From positions 1 through 55,224 of the forward strand of contig JAZRXI010000093.1 in assembly GCA_045600145.1 (NCBI GenBank): 55,224 bases of DNA, given 5' to 3'. The stretch comes from Clostridia bacterium. Lineage in GTDB: Bacteria > Bacillota > Clostridia > Christensenellales > QALW01. The notes under the pieces were generated by a model. That model was not told the DNA's origin. It made no database searches and saw nothing but the letters and a program-made list of their open reading frames with translations. Shown here piece by piece: positions 29,910 through 39,225 of the stretch. Both the position numbers and the translations under genes were made by a program. The stretch's first letter is position 1, and the number at the start of each line of letters is the position of its first letter.

Positions 29910-30428
29910 CTATTCGCCTATTTTGATTTTGTCGATTTTCTTCAGCAATTCGGCTATCGGGATGATAAGGCTTCCGAGCACCAGATTTCCGATGCCCTGC
30001 ACACAGTCAAACGGAAATCCCGCAAGCACCCATGCGACAGTGCTTTTGAAGTTCAGTCCGAACATAAGCGTCTGTGCGGGCGCGTAAAGTATTCCGAACG
30101 CGAAGCCATGCAGTGCGCACACGCCCATGTAAACAAATATCTGCGTCCTTTTAGGCATGTTTTTCGGCAGAAGCATCGTTATGCCCCAAAGCAGAGTCCA
30201 TATATAAAGGTATGGCATCCACCAAAGCGAGAATCCTGCAAACAAACCGTTCAAAAGGACGTATGTATATATGGGATAAAGCGCCTTTTGTCGATACACT
30301 ACCGTAAACGCCACCGTAAATACAGCAATAAGATGTATGTTTGGCAAAAACTCCATCAAGAGCTTTGATACATACATTATCGCACCAAGCATCCCGAATA
30401 TTGCTGTTTCCCGTGCAGTCAGCTTCAT
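29910..30428 (-). CDS. ECF transporter S component (CbrT-like, cobalamin)
   Basis: Hydrophobic 172-aa protein, LPNI motif, GFPFD; downstream of a B12 riboswitch. Confidence 0.8.
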   Translation of the reverse strand: MKLTARETAIFGMLGAIMYVSKLLMEFLPNIHLIAVFTVAFTVVYRQKALYPIYTYVLLNGLFAGFSLWWMPYLYIWTLLWGITMLLPKNMPKRTQIFVYMGVCALHGFAFGILYAPAQTLMFGLNFKSTVAWVLAGFPFDCVQGIGNLVLGSLIIPIAELLKKIDKIKIGE

Positions 30429-30904
30429 GCCTGCGCTTTCAGATAGTAGGTTATATATTGGTTAATTTCCGTTTTATCGACACTTTTTACAGCGTATTCA
30501 TTGTCTACGAAAAATGCCCAATAAAGCTTATTTGCATCGTAATCAAGCGTTTCGCCGTCAACGGTCTTGATATACATGCCGTATTCGGTCATATCTGCCG
30601 TGATCAGACCGACCTCGACGAGTGCATCACCGACCGTTTCCTTATCGGTCTTTATGCAAAAGCCCTTTTCGCTTCCGTCGCTGTGTACGACGTTCAGCCA
30701 CAGTGTCTTTTCACCATTGCCGATTTCCTCCGCCGGAGTGTAGGAATAGGCTGTCACCGTCGGCTCACCGCTCTGTGCTGTTGCCGTTGCCTGCGTATCT
30801 TGCGCAGGAGTCTCTTTTGTACATCCCATTGTACACAGTGCCACTGCCGCAATAAGCACGGTGCAAAGGATAAAGAACAATTTGTTGCGTGTTGTTTTTT
30901 TCAT
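30425..30904 (-). CDS. DUF4430 (transcobalamin-like) lipoprotein
   Basis: Lipobox-like MGC; YGMYIKTVDG..YWAFFVD..SVD; B12-riboswitch context. Confidence 0.8.
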   Translation of the reverse strand: MKKTTRNKLFFILCTVLIAAVALCTMGCTKETPAQDTQATATAQSGEPTVTAYSYTPAEEIGNGEKTLWLNVVHSDGSEKGFCIKTDKETVGDALVEVGLITADMTEYGMYIKTVDGETLDYDANKLYWAFFVDNEYAVKSVDKTEINQYITYYLKAQA

Positions 30905-30987
30905 CTTTTTTCTCCTTATTTATTTAGTCCTTACGATTTATCCGGCGCTCGCGGATATGACTTTTGCCATAATAAGTAAGGCGTGCC

Positions 30988-31172
30988 TTTTTCGGATATT
31001 TCGGCTCGGCGTGATTTCGGTCAAACCTTCTCAGAAACTTTCCAATGGTCTTTTCCCGTTTTTGCGGCAAACGGTAGTCCAAAAATGTTGATGCGCATGC
31101 GCATACGCCTCACGGCGGCGTGCCCGCGCGGGATTTTCACCCGCTTCCCCGTAAAAGCAACACTATTGTAAC
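30988..31172 (-). ncRNA. Cobalamin riboswitch
   Basis: Minus strand: GGGGAAGCGGGTGAAAATCCCGCGCGGGCACGCCGCCGTGA..ACCATTGG..GAGAAGG..GAGCCGAAATATCCG (B12 box). Confidence 0.88.
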
Positions 31173-31348
31173 GCATATTCGTGGAAAATGCAAGCCGTTT
31201 CTCATGCTTCTTTCTTGGGACTCTGTGTATGCTGTTTTTGAATTTTTTTGATAAAATCAAGAAAAAAGATGCGAGCCTGTATTTATCGTACTGCAAATGT
31301 TATTTCTGTTGAGCACGGAAAACGAAAGCACAAATAACAGCAATATTT

Positions 31349-31401
31349 GTCTTGAAATTATCTCAAATAGTCTTGAAATACTTTTAAAATTGTCGTATAC
31401 T
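31349..31401 (+). promoter_or_regulatory. Promoter with a 21-bp-spaced direct repeat overlapping the -35 box
   Basis: GTCTTGAAAT at 31349 and 31370; TTGAAA-17-TATACT. Confidence 0.6.
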
Positions 31402-31431
31402 ATATAAAACAGTTTTGTGAGGTGTATCATT

Positions 31432-32154
31432 ATGGATTTTGCATTACAGCTCTATTCACTCAGAGACAAAATGGCGGCAGATCATGTCGGCACGATCAAA
31501 AAGGTAGCTGCAATGGGCTACAAGAACGTGGAATTTGCCGGATATTTCGGTGAAACAGGGCAGTCGATGAAAGCGTTGCTCGATTCAGTTGGAATGAAAG
31601 CGGTTTCGTCACATGTCGGCTACGGCTGTTATACAGGCAATTTTGCCGGTGAGGTGGAATTTAATCACGCGGTAGGCAACAACAGCATCATTCTGCCGTG
31701 GTTCAACATACAGAATATCGAGGACGCCAAAGCGGCAGTTGATAAAATCGCCGCTATGCGCGAGGCGTTCGTAAAAGAGGGCTTCGAATTCGGATATCAC
31801 AACCATGCGTTTGAGTTCAAGCCGCTTGATGACAACGGCACATGCGCGATGGATTTTCTCAAAACCATAGACGGACTTAAATTCCAGCCCGATGTTTTCT
31901 GGATAAAGACCGCCGGTCTTGATCCTATAGAATTTATCAACAATTCGCCGATAATCTCCGTGCATATGAAAGAATATCGCGCAGACGGCTTCAATGTTGA
32001 ACTCGGCAACGGTATGCTTCCGTGGCAGGATATCATGGCGGCGGCACAGAAAAAAGGCGTTTCGCTCGGCATCGTGGAGCAGGAGGAATACACCTGCGCA
32101 CCGATCGACAGCGTAAAAATATGCATTGACAACATCAAAAAAATATTTGGATAA
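31432..32154 (+). CDS. Sugar phosphate isomerase/epimerase (AP-endonuclease-2 TIM barrel)
   Basis: LQLYSLR, VEFAG, GYHNHAFEF, DVFW, VEQE. Confidence 0.88.
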   Translation: MDFALQLYSLRDKMAADHVGTIKKVAAMGYKNVEFAGYFGETGQSMKALLDSVGMKAVSSHVGYGCYTGNFAGEVEFNHAVGNNSIILPWFNIQNIEDAKAAVDKIAAMREAFVKEGFEFGYHNHAFEFKPLDDNGTCAMDFLKTIDGLKFQPDVFWIKTAGLDPIEFINNSPIISVHMKEYRADGFNVELGNGMLPWQDIMAAAQKKGVSLGIVEQEEYTCAPIDSVKICIDNIKKIFG

Positions 32155-32169
32155 AGGAGAAAGAAAATC

Positions 32170-33138
32170 ATGAAACTCGGTGTACTTACAGTTCCGCTTT
32201 ACGACAGAAGCTTTGAAGAAGCTCTGAAATGGCTTTCGGAGCGCGGCGTGCATACCCTTGAGGTAGGCAACGGCGGCTTCCCCGGCAACACTCACGTCAA
32301 CCCCGACGATTACCTCGGCAAGCCCGAAAAAATCAGCGAGCTTAAAGCGCTTCTCAAAAAATACGATATGGAGATCGCGGCGCTTTCGTGCCATGGCAAC
32401 TGTGTTCATCCCGACAAAGCCGTAGCGGCTAAATTCCAGAGTGATTATGAAAAGACCATCCTCATGGCTGAGCAACTCGGCGTTGACACGATAGTAACAT
32501 TCTCAGGCTGTCCCGGCGGTGCGCCCGGTGATAAGTCACCCAACTGGGTAACCTGCTCATGGCCCGAGGATTACACAAAGATCCTTGATTATCAGTGGAA
32601 CGAAGTACTTATTCCTTATTGGAAGGAAGCAGTCAAGTTTGCCAACGCTCACGGTGTAAAGAAAATCGCGCTTGAAATGCACCCCGGCTTCTGCGTATAT
32701 AATACCGCATCACTGCTTCGTCTGCGCGAGGCGGTCGGCGAAACCATCGGTGCAAACTTCGACCCCAGCCACCTTATCTGGCAGGGCATGGACCCCGCCG
32801 AAGCAGTCCGCTATCTGGGCGGCAAGGCGATTTATCATGTTCATGCAAAAGACACATATCTTGATACCGCCAATATGAAAAAGACAGGCGTGCTTTCAAC
32901 AGGTCACTACAGCGATGTACTTAACCGCCCATGGACATTCAGAACTGTTGGTTACGGTCTTGACGACTCCAAGTGGAAGGAATTTGTAAGCATGCTCCGC
33001 ATGGTAGGCTATGACGGCGTGCTTTCGATCGAACACGAGGATATGTTCATGAGTGTTGAAGAAGGTCTTGAAAAGGCAATAACATTCCTTAAGGATGTAA
33101 TGAGCTTTGAGCCTATGGGCGAAATGTGGTGGGCATAA
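32170..33138 (+). CDS. Sugar phosphate isomerase/epimerase
   Basis: LSCHGN, ALEMHPG, NFDPSHL, HVHAKD, WTFRTVGYG, LSIEHED. Confidence 0.9.
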   Translation: MKLGVLTVPLYDRSFEEALKWLSERGVHTLEVGNGGFPGNTHVNPDDYLGKPEKISELKALLKKYDMEIAALSCHGNCVHPDKAVAAKFQSDYEKTILMAEQLGVDTIVTFSGCPGGAPGDKSPNWVTCSWPEDYTKILDYQWNEVLIPYWKEAVKFANAHGVKKIALEMHPGFCVYNTASLLRLREAVGETIGANFDPSHLIWQGMDPAEAVRYLGGKAIYHVHAKDTYLDTANMKKTGVLSTGHYSDVLNRPWTFRTVGYGLDDSKWKEFVSMLRMVGYDGVLSIEHEDMFMSVEEGLEKAITFLKDVMSFEPMGEMWWA

Positions 33139-33154
33139 GCTTTTGATATAACGC

Positions 33155-33189
33155 AACACAGCACGCAGTCTTTGTCTGCGTGCTGTGTT
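33155..33189. terminator. Bidirectional terminator
   Basis: AACACAGCACGCAG-TCTTTGT-CTGCGTGCTGTGTT between convergent genes. Confidence 0.8.
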
Positions 33190-33203
33190 TATATTTTTGT
33201 AAT

Positions 33204-34502
33204 TTATTTTCTGTTAGGCAGATATGCGCCTATTGCCGCAAGTTTTTCCTGCAAAAGCGCGATATCTACGTTTCGAGTATTGCCGGTGTCCTTGGCGATG
33301 CTTGCCGCAATACCTGCAGCTTGACCCGTTATGAAGCATCCGGGCATGACGCGCACCGAAGCCTGCATATGGCGGTCCGTGCCGATACAGCGTCCCGCGA
33401 CAAGCACATTCGAAAACGATTCCGGTATGAGTGAGCGATACGGGATCCCGTAGGATTCGCCGTCCTTGTATCGGTATTTTTCGGCGTACTCATTTTGAAA
33501 GCGTTCATATTCGGCTTTGTCGGTCGTCATGACATGGATATCGACGGCGTAGCAATAGCGACCTATTTCATCATCAAATACGGCACGATCAACAAAATCG
33601 CTTATTTTAAGCATATAATCGCATTTAATGCGACGCGATTCACGCACGCCGAGCATATCGGCAGTGTAGACGAGAGTCATGCTCTCATAACCTTTAAGAT
33701 ACTGCTTATAATATTTTTCATATTCGAGTAATGATTTTCTGCCCCGGATCATCGCACGGGTAAGCGAGCACTCGTCGAGCGGATCGGTATTGAACACATG
33801 TCCGATGTTTCCGCCGCCGATGCCGTTATTTTCGTCTACGACGAACATTCCGGGCAGATGTCTGTCCGCGTATGTGAACACACCGTCGGCAATGGCTTCT
33901 TCAAGACGCGACGAATCGCTCACACGCCTTTTTGAGAAATCAACATTTGCCCACAGTGAGCAAAGTGTCGGAGGCATCGTATTGAGATTTTCGTCACCTA
34001 TCTCAAATGTGCCGCCGGCAAGCGCGCACAAATCGCCGTCGCCGGTGCAATCAATGTATATCTTGGCTTTGACGGCAAACATCCCCGATTTTGAAGAAAG
34101 AATAACATATTCGATGCGATCGCCGCTCGTAACAACATCGCATACAGATGTAAAAAATGAAAATTCAACATCTGATAACGACATTGCTTCATCATAGGCA
34201 CGCTTCAGTTCTTCAACGCGAATGGAGCACCAATTGACATCAAGCGGGATATCCTTTGAAATACTTTTGCGGATGTCGTAGCCGATGCCCGATGCCAATG
34301 TGTTCACGCCGTCACCGAATTGCGCAAATGCGGGCACAAGCCCCGATGCACCGACACCGCCGAATGAGCCGCGCGCTTCGGCAAGGAACACTCTTGCTCC
34401 GTTTCTCGATGCCGCAAGTGCCGCCGCAACTCCCGCCGGGCCGCCGCCCGCAACAAAAACATCGGTATCGTATTTAATTTGAATCTCTTTTTGATAAAGC
34501 AT
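33204..34502 (-). CDS. FAD-dependent oxidoreductase (FAD_oxidored family)
   Basis: VAGGGPAG, IDCTGDGD, GVRESRRI, YGIPYRSL, VAGRCI, GQAAG. Confidence 0.9.
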   Translation of the reverse strand: MLYQKEIQIKYDTDVFVAGGGPAGVAAALAASRNGARVFLAEARGSFGGVGASGLVPAFAQFGDGVNTLASGIGYDIRKSISKDIPLDVNWCSIRVEELKRAYDEAMSLSDVEFSFFTSVCDVVTSGDRIEYVILSSKSGMFAVKAKIYIDCTGDGDLCALAGGTFEIGDENLNTMPPTLCSLWANVDFSKRRVSDSSRLEEAIADGVFTYADRHLPGMFVVDENNGIGGGNIGHVFNTDPLDECSLTRAMIRGRKSLLEYEKYYKQYLKGYESMTLVYTADMLGVRESRRIKCDYMLKISDFVDRAVFDDEIGRYCYAVDIHVMTTDKAEYERFQNEYAEKYRYKDGESYGIPYRSLIPESFSNVLVAGRCIGTDRHMQASVRVMPGCFITGQAAGIAASIAKDTGNTRNVDIALLQEKLAAIGAYLPNRK

Positions 34503-34552
34503 AGTAAAATCTCCTTTTGTAGCGGCAAGGTACAGAGCTCCAAAATCTGTAT

Positions 34553-35053
34553 CTACTTCTCAATCGCTGCTTTGCGCGAAAGTATTTCTTTAAAAATGTC
34601 CGTATTGAATTTCGGCTTACGATCATAGGTGTAAAGCCCGTTAAGCTCCTGTTCTATATCGTAAAGCTGAGTATAGCAAAGTCCCATGATCCCGGGATTA
34701 TCGAGCAAAGCATCGGTCGACCCGCGGAAACGTTCGATAAATTTCTCGGCAGTCTGCGGAGCCTTGCCATAGCCCCAACCGTCGCGTCCCACACGGTCGC
34801 GCTCACCAAGCACGAATGTGCGTCGGTAGCACACTAACGGAATAAAATCAGTATAACCAATACCCGAAAGAGTGCTTCCGGGACAGAACGGAACATTGAT
34901 AATGCGCGAGAGCGGCTCGTTGATCTCAAAGAGTCTGCGATCACGGGCAGAGCATCCGAAATCAAATTCAAATTCCCACTGACCGTTGAGATTTACCCAA
35001 TTGCCGCGCTACCACTGCGGAAACGGATGCTCGGGACGTGGAATACTATTCAC
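34553..35053 (-). pseudogene. GH2 glycosidase remnant with an in-frame stop and a large internal deletion
   Basis: IPRPEHPFPQW*RGNWVNLNGQWEF..VPFCP.S.LSGIG (N-terminus) fused in frame to GWGYG..CYTQLYDIEQELNGLYTYDR (C-terminus); TAG at 35009-35011. Confidence 0.88.
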
Positions 35054-35804
35054 ATAAATGTTCCTTTTCTATAGTTTTTACAAGCTCGGCAACAAACTTC
35101 TGACAGTTGATTGCCGTATCCTTTGCAAAACGCTCGTTTTCAACAAGCTCATTATTACTTATAACTCTTATTTCGGTCATCGGCACGCCGTACATCTCAC
35201 AGACCTGCGCGACGGCGACACCCTCCATTGCCTCACATTCGGTTTCCTTGTTGTTGTGGCAATGCAATATCATGTCATGTTCTCTGTTCCATGCATCGCA
35301 TGTGCCGACGTTGCCCGAGATCACCCGCCCCGCGCTGTACGGAACGGATAACGCAAGCTTTTCAAGCGTTTCGTCCGTTTTGAACGAATGAACGAATGCG
35401 GTATTGTCGGTTTTTGCCGAATACGCCTGTATGCCGAGATCGCTCCATGAGAACGGGTCGCTTCCCTCGCCCGCCTTGCGCTTCGGCGAAACAAAACGCA
35501 TAAGCGGAACGGTGTTCTTCGCAACGACGATATCGTTTTGCTTAAGCTCAGGATCGTGCGCTCCCGCCGTGCCTTGAATGATAACACATTCTGGCGAATA
35601 CTTTTCAATCACAAACGACGTGCAGACGGCGGCGTTTACTGTGCCTATAAGACAGCGCGCTATCACGGCGGAAACGCCGCAAAGCTTGCCCTCATAAAAA
35701 ATATAGCCGAACATGTGATTTTCCTGCTTTTCTTCAAGCAGTGAAACGAGCAGTTCACATTCGCAATCCATCGGAGCCAAAATTGCTGCAGTGCATTTAT
35801 TCAT
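35046..35804 (-). CDS. mtnN: 5'-methylthioadenosine/S-adenosylhomocysteine nucleosidase
   Basis: APMDCE, IGTVNAA, GTAG, EAMEG.AVAQVC, IRVISN. Confidence 0.8.
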   Translation of the reverse strand: MNKCTAAILAPMDCECELLVSLLEEKQENHMFGYIFYEGKLCGVSAVIARCLIGTVNAAVCTSFVIEKYSPECVIIQGTAGAHDPELKQNDIVVAKNTVPLMRFVSPKRKAGEGSDPFSWSDLGIQAYSAKTDNTAFVHSFKTDETLEKLALSVPYSAGRVISGNVGTCDAWNREHDMILHCHNNKETECEAMEGVAVAQVCEMYGVPMTEIRVISNNELVENERFAKDTAINCQKFVAELVKTIEKEHLCE

Positions 35805-35813
35805 AAGTGTACC

Positions 35814-37109
35814 TCATTTTATTCCGTTCAGTATTCTTACACGTGACCTTTCGCATTCGTAAGTGATCTTTTCAATGTCAAGCGTCGGATAGCTTCCGTC
35901 ACGGTACAGCACTCTGCCGTCAACCATCGTCAGCACGACATCCGTGCCTTGCGCAGAATATATGAGATTATTCAGCATACTATGTACGGGTTTCATATAT
36001 ATTTTATCGGTGTCAAGCACGGTGATATCCGCCTTAAAGCCTTCCTTTATAAGTCCGCAATCGTCACGGTGCTGTGCCAATGCGCCCGCGCGCGTAGCGG
36101 CGTACAGCGTCTGCTTGGGCGTGATAAGCGTCGGATCGTAATTTACACCCTTTTGAAGCAGATTGAAGAAGCGCATTTCCTCGATCATATTGAGATTGTT
36201 ATTGCTTGCGACGCTGTCTGTACCGATGCCGACATTCACTCCCGCACCGATAAGCTTTGCCGTCTGCGAAACACCGCTTGCAAGCTTTAAGTTGCTCTTG
36301 GGATTCGCAGCAACGGTGACATTCTTCGCCTTGAGGATCGCTATATCCTCATCATCTATATGCACACAGTGCGCCGCGACGGTCGGTACGTCGAACAGAC
36401 CGCTGTCCGCAAGATATTTTACGGGGCTTTTGCCGTCATGACGCGCCTTACATGCTTCGACCTCGCCCGATGTCTCGGAAACGTGAACGTGCATCGACGA
36501 GCCTGCCTTCAGCGCGGCCTCCGCCATGCCGCGAACGACCTTTTCGGTTGAAGTGTATTCCGCGTGAAGTGAATATTCCGCACGCAGTCTGCCGTTATCG
36601 GCGTTATCGAACTCGGCTATACTTTCGGTGACCTCTTTGTACTGCGGCATATCGAAATAGCTTGTGTCGGGATCGAAGCAGCTCACACAGCGCGATACGT
36701 TTCCCTTCGCGCCGCTTTCGAGAAAAGCGCGGCACAGCGGTTTTTGCGAAAGATACATCTCGCTCGCCGCACCGATACCGAATCGAAGCATTTCGGCAAT
36801 GCCCATAAGACAGCCGTAATACATGTCGTCATCCGTCAGTCCCGTTTCGAACGGGAATATTTTCGTATTCAGCCAATCCATCAGCGGCAGGTTTTCTCCG
36901 TAGCCGCGTAAAAGAACCATCGGCAGATGACTGTGCAGATCGTAAAACGCGGGCAAAAGCAATTTGTTTTTGCCGCTGTATACTTCATCGAAATCCTCTT
37001 TCGGTCTGCTTGCACCCACATAACCTATCCTGTCGCCCTTGATACCGACAAAGTAATGCTCATGCACATCAAAATTTTCGTCAATTATCGTAATATCATC
37101 GAAAAGCAT
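35814..37109 (-). CDS. Amidohydrolase, MTA/SAH deaminase (MtaD)-like
   Basis: DLHSH, LHAEYT, HVHVSET, AAHCV, SNLKLASG, GTDSVASNN; start at ATG 37109. Confidence 0.85.
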   Translation of the reverse strand: MLFDDITIIDENFDVHEHYFVGIKGDRIGYVGASRPKEDFDEVYSGKNKLLLPAFYDLHSHLPMVLLRGYGENLPLMDWLNTKIFPFETGLTDDDMYYGCLMGIAEMLRFGIGAASEMYLSQKPLCRAFLESGAKGNVSRCVSCFDPDTSYFDMPQYKEVTESIAEFDNADNGRLRAEYSLHAEYTSTEKVVRGMAEAALKAGSSMHVHVSETSGEVEACKARHDGKSPVKYLADSGLFDVPTVAAHCVHIDDEDIAILKAKNVTVAANPKSNLKLASGVSQTAKLIGAGVNVGIGTDSVASNNNLNMIEEMRFFNLLQKGVNYDPTLITPKQTLYAATRAGALAQHRDDCGLIKEGFKADITVLDTDKIYMKPVHSMLNNLIYSAQGTDVVLTMVDGRVLYRDGSYPTLDIEKITYECERSRVRILNGIK

Positions 37110-37269
37110 GTTGCTTCTACCTCTTGAAGTTTTTCGCGGTGAATCGATCTTGCAATCAGTTAAATTCATACATTGATATTTTTATAGTATATACTGTTAC
37201 TCGTCTTCATCGTGCATTTTAGTATACTATATTTTACTGTAAAAGTAAAGACTTCTTTTTGCAAATTGC

Positions 37270-37298
37270 TTGCAAAAATCCGCAATAACTGATATACT
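37270..37298 (+). promoter_or_regulatory. SigA-like promoter
   Basis: TTGCAA-17-TATACT with an extended TG. Confidence 0.6.
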
Positions 37299-37332
37299 GA
37301 TAGTATACTTCAACTATAGGTGAATTACATTT

Positions 37333-37854
37333 ATGAATGTACGAAAAATAACATATTCAGCGATATGCCTTGCGCTTGCGATGGTATTGCCGTTTATCAG
37401 CGGGCAGATACCGCTGGTAGGCAACATGCTCGGGCTGATACACATACCTATATTTTTATGCGGATTTTTATGCGGTTGGCAATGGGGACTTGTCGTAGGC
37501 TTCATTGCACCTATTTTGCGTTCGATGATATTCGCTTCGCCCGCAATGATACCCGGTGGCGTGAGCATGGCATTTGAGCTCGCCGCATATGGCTTCTTTT
37601 CGGGACTGCTGTACAGAGTATTTCCCAAACGCATACCGTTCATCTACCTTACTCTTATTATTTCCATGCTCTGCGGACGTGTAGTCTGGGGGATCGCACG
37701 TCTGACTGTCGCAGGACTTACTCAAACCGATTTCCCGCTTTCACTGTTCATTGCCGGTGCGGTAACAAACTGTCTGCCGGGAATCGCACTGCATATAATC
37801 CTCGTCCCGCTGATCGTGGTCGCACTGCTCTCATCAAAACTTATGCGGGAATAA
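37333..37854 (+). CDS. ECF transporter S component
   Basis: A..LAL..VLP, HIPIFLCG..CG..WG, MAFEL, GR.VWG, LPGI. Confidence 0.85.
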   Translation: MNVRKITYSAICLALAMVLPFISGQIPLVGNMLGLIHIPIFLCGFLCGWQWGLVVGFIAPILRSMIFASPAMIPGGVSMAFELAAYGFFSGLLYRVFPKRIPFIYLTLIISMLCGRVVWGIARLTVAGLTQTDFPLSLFIAGAVTNCLPGIALHIILVPLIVVALLSSKLMRE

Positions 37855-37933
37855 TATCCGTGCCACGCGCCGCTTTATTCGAAGTAAGTGGAAGAAGAAC
37901 AGAGAATAATTGCGCTATAAAAGCAAAACGATA

Positions 37934-38142
37934 ATAAAAACACAGTGCCTGAGCTTTCGTTTGCATAAGGCACTGTATTATTTTTACTCGGCGCGAAGCG
38001 CAATAAAAAGTTTTGCCGCGCTTTTTCAAAAGCGCGTAGGGAGTGCAGGGGGGGACGAAGTCCCCTTGCCGCGAAGCGCAATAAAAGTTTTGTCGCGCTT
38101 TTTTAAAAGTTGGCGGGACGCAGGGGACGAAGTTCCCTTGCA
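37934..38142. repeat. Family A repeat mosaic (ACAGTGCCT hairpin + two tandem units)
   Basis: GCGAAGCGCAATAAAAGTTTTG occurs twice, about 80 bp apart, each followed by GCAGGGG..ACGAAGT.CCCTTGC. Confidence 0.85.
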
Positions 38143-38148
38143 TCTTTT

Positions 38149-38310
38149 TTAACGGGAGCGGTGTGCACGTTTCTTTCCCTGAGCAATGCACGGAAATTCA
38201 TTATCTGTATCGCATGTGGGCTGGATATTGTATGTTCCGTACTTGTTGACCATGTCATCGACTGTTTCGGGCTGATCCTGAACGTTTCTGATTTTTACTT
38301 TTTTGCTCAT
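38149..38310 (-). CDS. Small 53-aa protein not in the ORF track (probably sporulation-associated)
   Basis: GAGGTG RBS; MSKKVKIRNVQDQPETVDDMVNKYGTYNIQPTCDTDNEFPCIAQGKKRAHRSR; SigG/SigE-like promoter upstream. Confidence 0.7.
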   Translation of the reverse strand: MSKKVKIRNVQDQPETVDDMVNKYGTYNIQPTCDTDNEFPCIAQGKKRAHRSR

Positions 38311-38327
38311 TTATATCACCTCGGATA

Positions 38328-38356
38328 TAATATGTGCCGATTTTATACGTTTATGC
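38328..38356 (-). promoter_or_regulatory. SigG/SigE-like sporulation promoter
   Basis: GCATA-17-CATATTA. Confidence 0.5.
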
Positions 38357-38430
38357 AAAAAGCCGTCCTTTGGTATTCGGCGCGTGCTGATAAGGATGTT
38401 TTTTAATGTGCCTTGTTACGCGCCGAAAAC

Positions 38431-38602
38431 GAAATAAATCCCTGCCGGGATTTGTGAAATATCCTGCGGATGTGAAATACGCCTTCGGCGTGTGAAATGC
38501 TCTGCGGAGCGTGATAGGGATTTATTTCATTTCACATTGCGAAGCAATATTTCACAATTGCTATGCGATTATTTCACATTTGCCGTAAGGCAAATATTTC
38601 AC
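38431..38602. repeat. Multi-hairpin element built from GTGAAAT x3 and ATTTCAC x4
   Basis: Each heptamer is separated from the next by a short hairpin; the heptamers of the two halves are complementary. Confidence 0.85.
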
Positions 38603-38654
38603 TTCTCGGAAATTATATATAATTTCCCTGCTTGCTATGGTATGAGACAAAGAT

Positions 38655-38687
38655 ACCCGCTGAAAAAGAAACTCTTTTTCAGCGGGT
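38655..38687 (-). terminator. Terminator after the XRE membrane-protein gene
   Basis: ACCCGCTGAAAAAGA-AAC-TCTTTTTCAGCGGGT perfect 15-bp stem. Confidence 0.7.
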
Positions 38688-38715
38688 CGTTTCTTTTAGC
38701 TCGACAAACCTGGTT

Positions 38716-39225
38716 TTATCTCTTCTTGTATGTAAATACAATGCCGATCATAGATGCAATAAGTGCAATCGGTGCAAGTCTTACAAAGAAAAACTCAAAA
38801 CCATGCAGTATAGTACCTGCAACTGCCAATTCAGGATTACTGTAATCCCAGCTCAAATAAGAACTTTGAAGAATTGCAAGAACTGCAAAAATAGTGATGA
38901 TACCTAAGCATAATGCAATCAGCAACCACCGAATAGTCCTAATTCTTTTTTTGTTCTGCTTGTAAAACTGCAGATTAATAATCTCAAGTTTTTCTGAAAT
39001 AGTCTTGATATCATCCGACACAGTTGCATCGGTAGTTTCACCAAGCAGGATGCTGACTGAAGTATCAAGTTCCTCCGCCAATGCTATCAGCATTTCAGAA
39101 TCCGGGACGGATAATCCATTCTCCCACTTTGATACGGTCTGCCTTACAACATTCAGTTTAATTGCGAGTTCTTCCTGAGAGATTCCTTTCGATTTTCTTA
39201 AATTCTTAATGTTTTCATTCAACAT
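38716..39225 (-). CDS. XRE-family regulator with C-terminal TM helices
   Basis: ISQEELAIKLNVVRQTVSKWENGLSVPD; two hydrophobic helices. Confidence 0.9.
   Translation of the reverse strand: MLNENIKNLRKSKGISQEELAIKLNVVRQTVSKWENGLSVPDSEMLIALAEELDTSVSILLGETTDATVSDDIKTISEKLEIINLQFYKQNKKRIRTIRWLLIALCLGIITIFAVLAILQSSYLSWDYSNPELAVAGTILHGFEFFFVRLAPIALIASMIGIVFTYKKR

Noticed and set aside
35009-35011. TAG as pyrrolysine or programmed readthrough
   Set aside because: The gene also lacks its catalytic core and no pyl genes are visible; a nonsense mutation is the simpler explanation.
37110-37260. SAM or purine riboswitch upstream of the mtaD-mtnN operon
   Set aside because: No recognisable aptamer core motifs.
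38431-38602. CRISPR array interpretation of the GTGAAAT repeats
   Set aside because: Repeats are only 7 nt, spacers are short self-complementary hairpins, orientation flips midway, and there are no cas genes.
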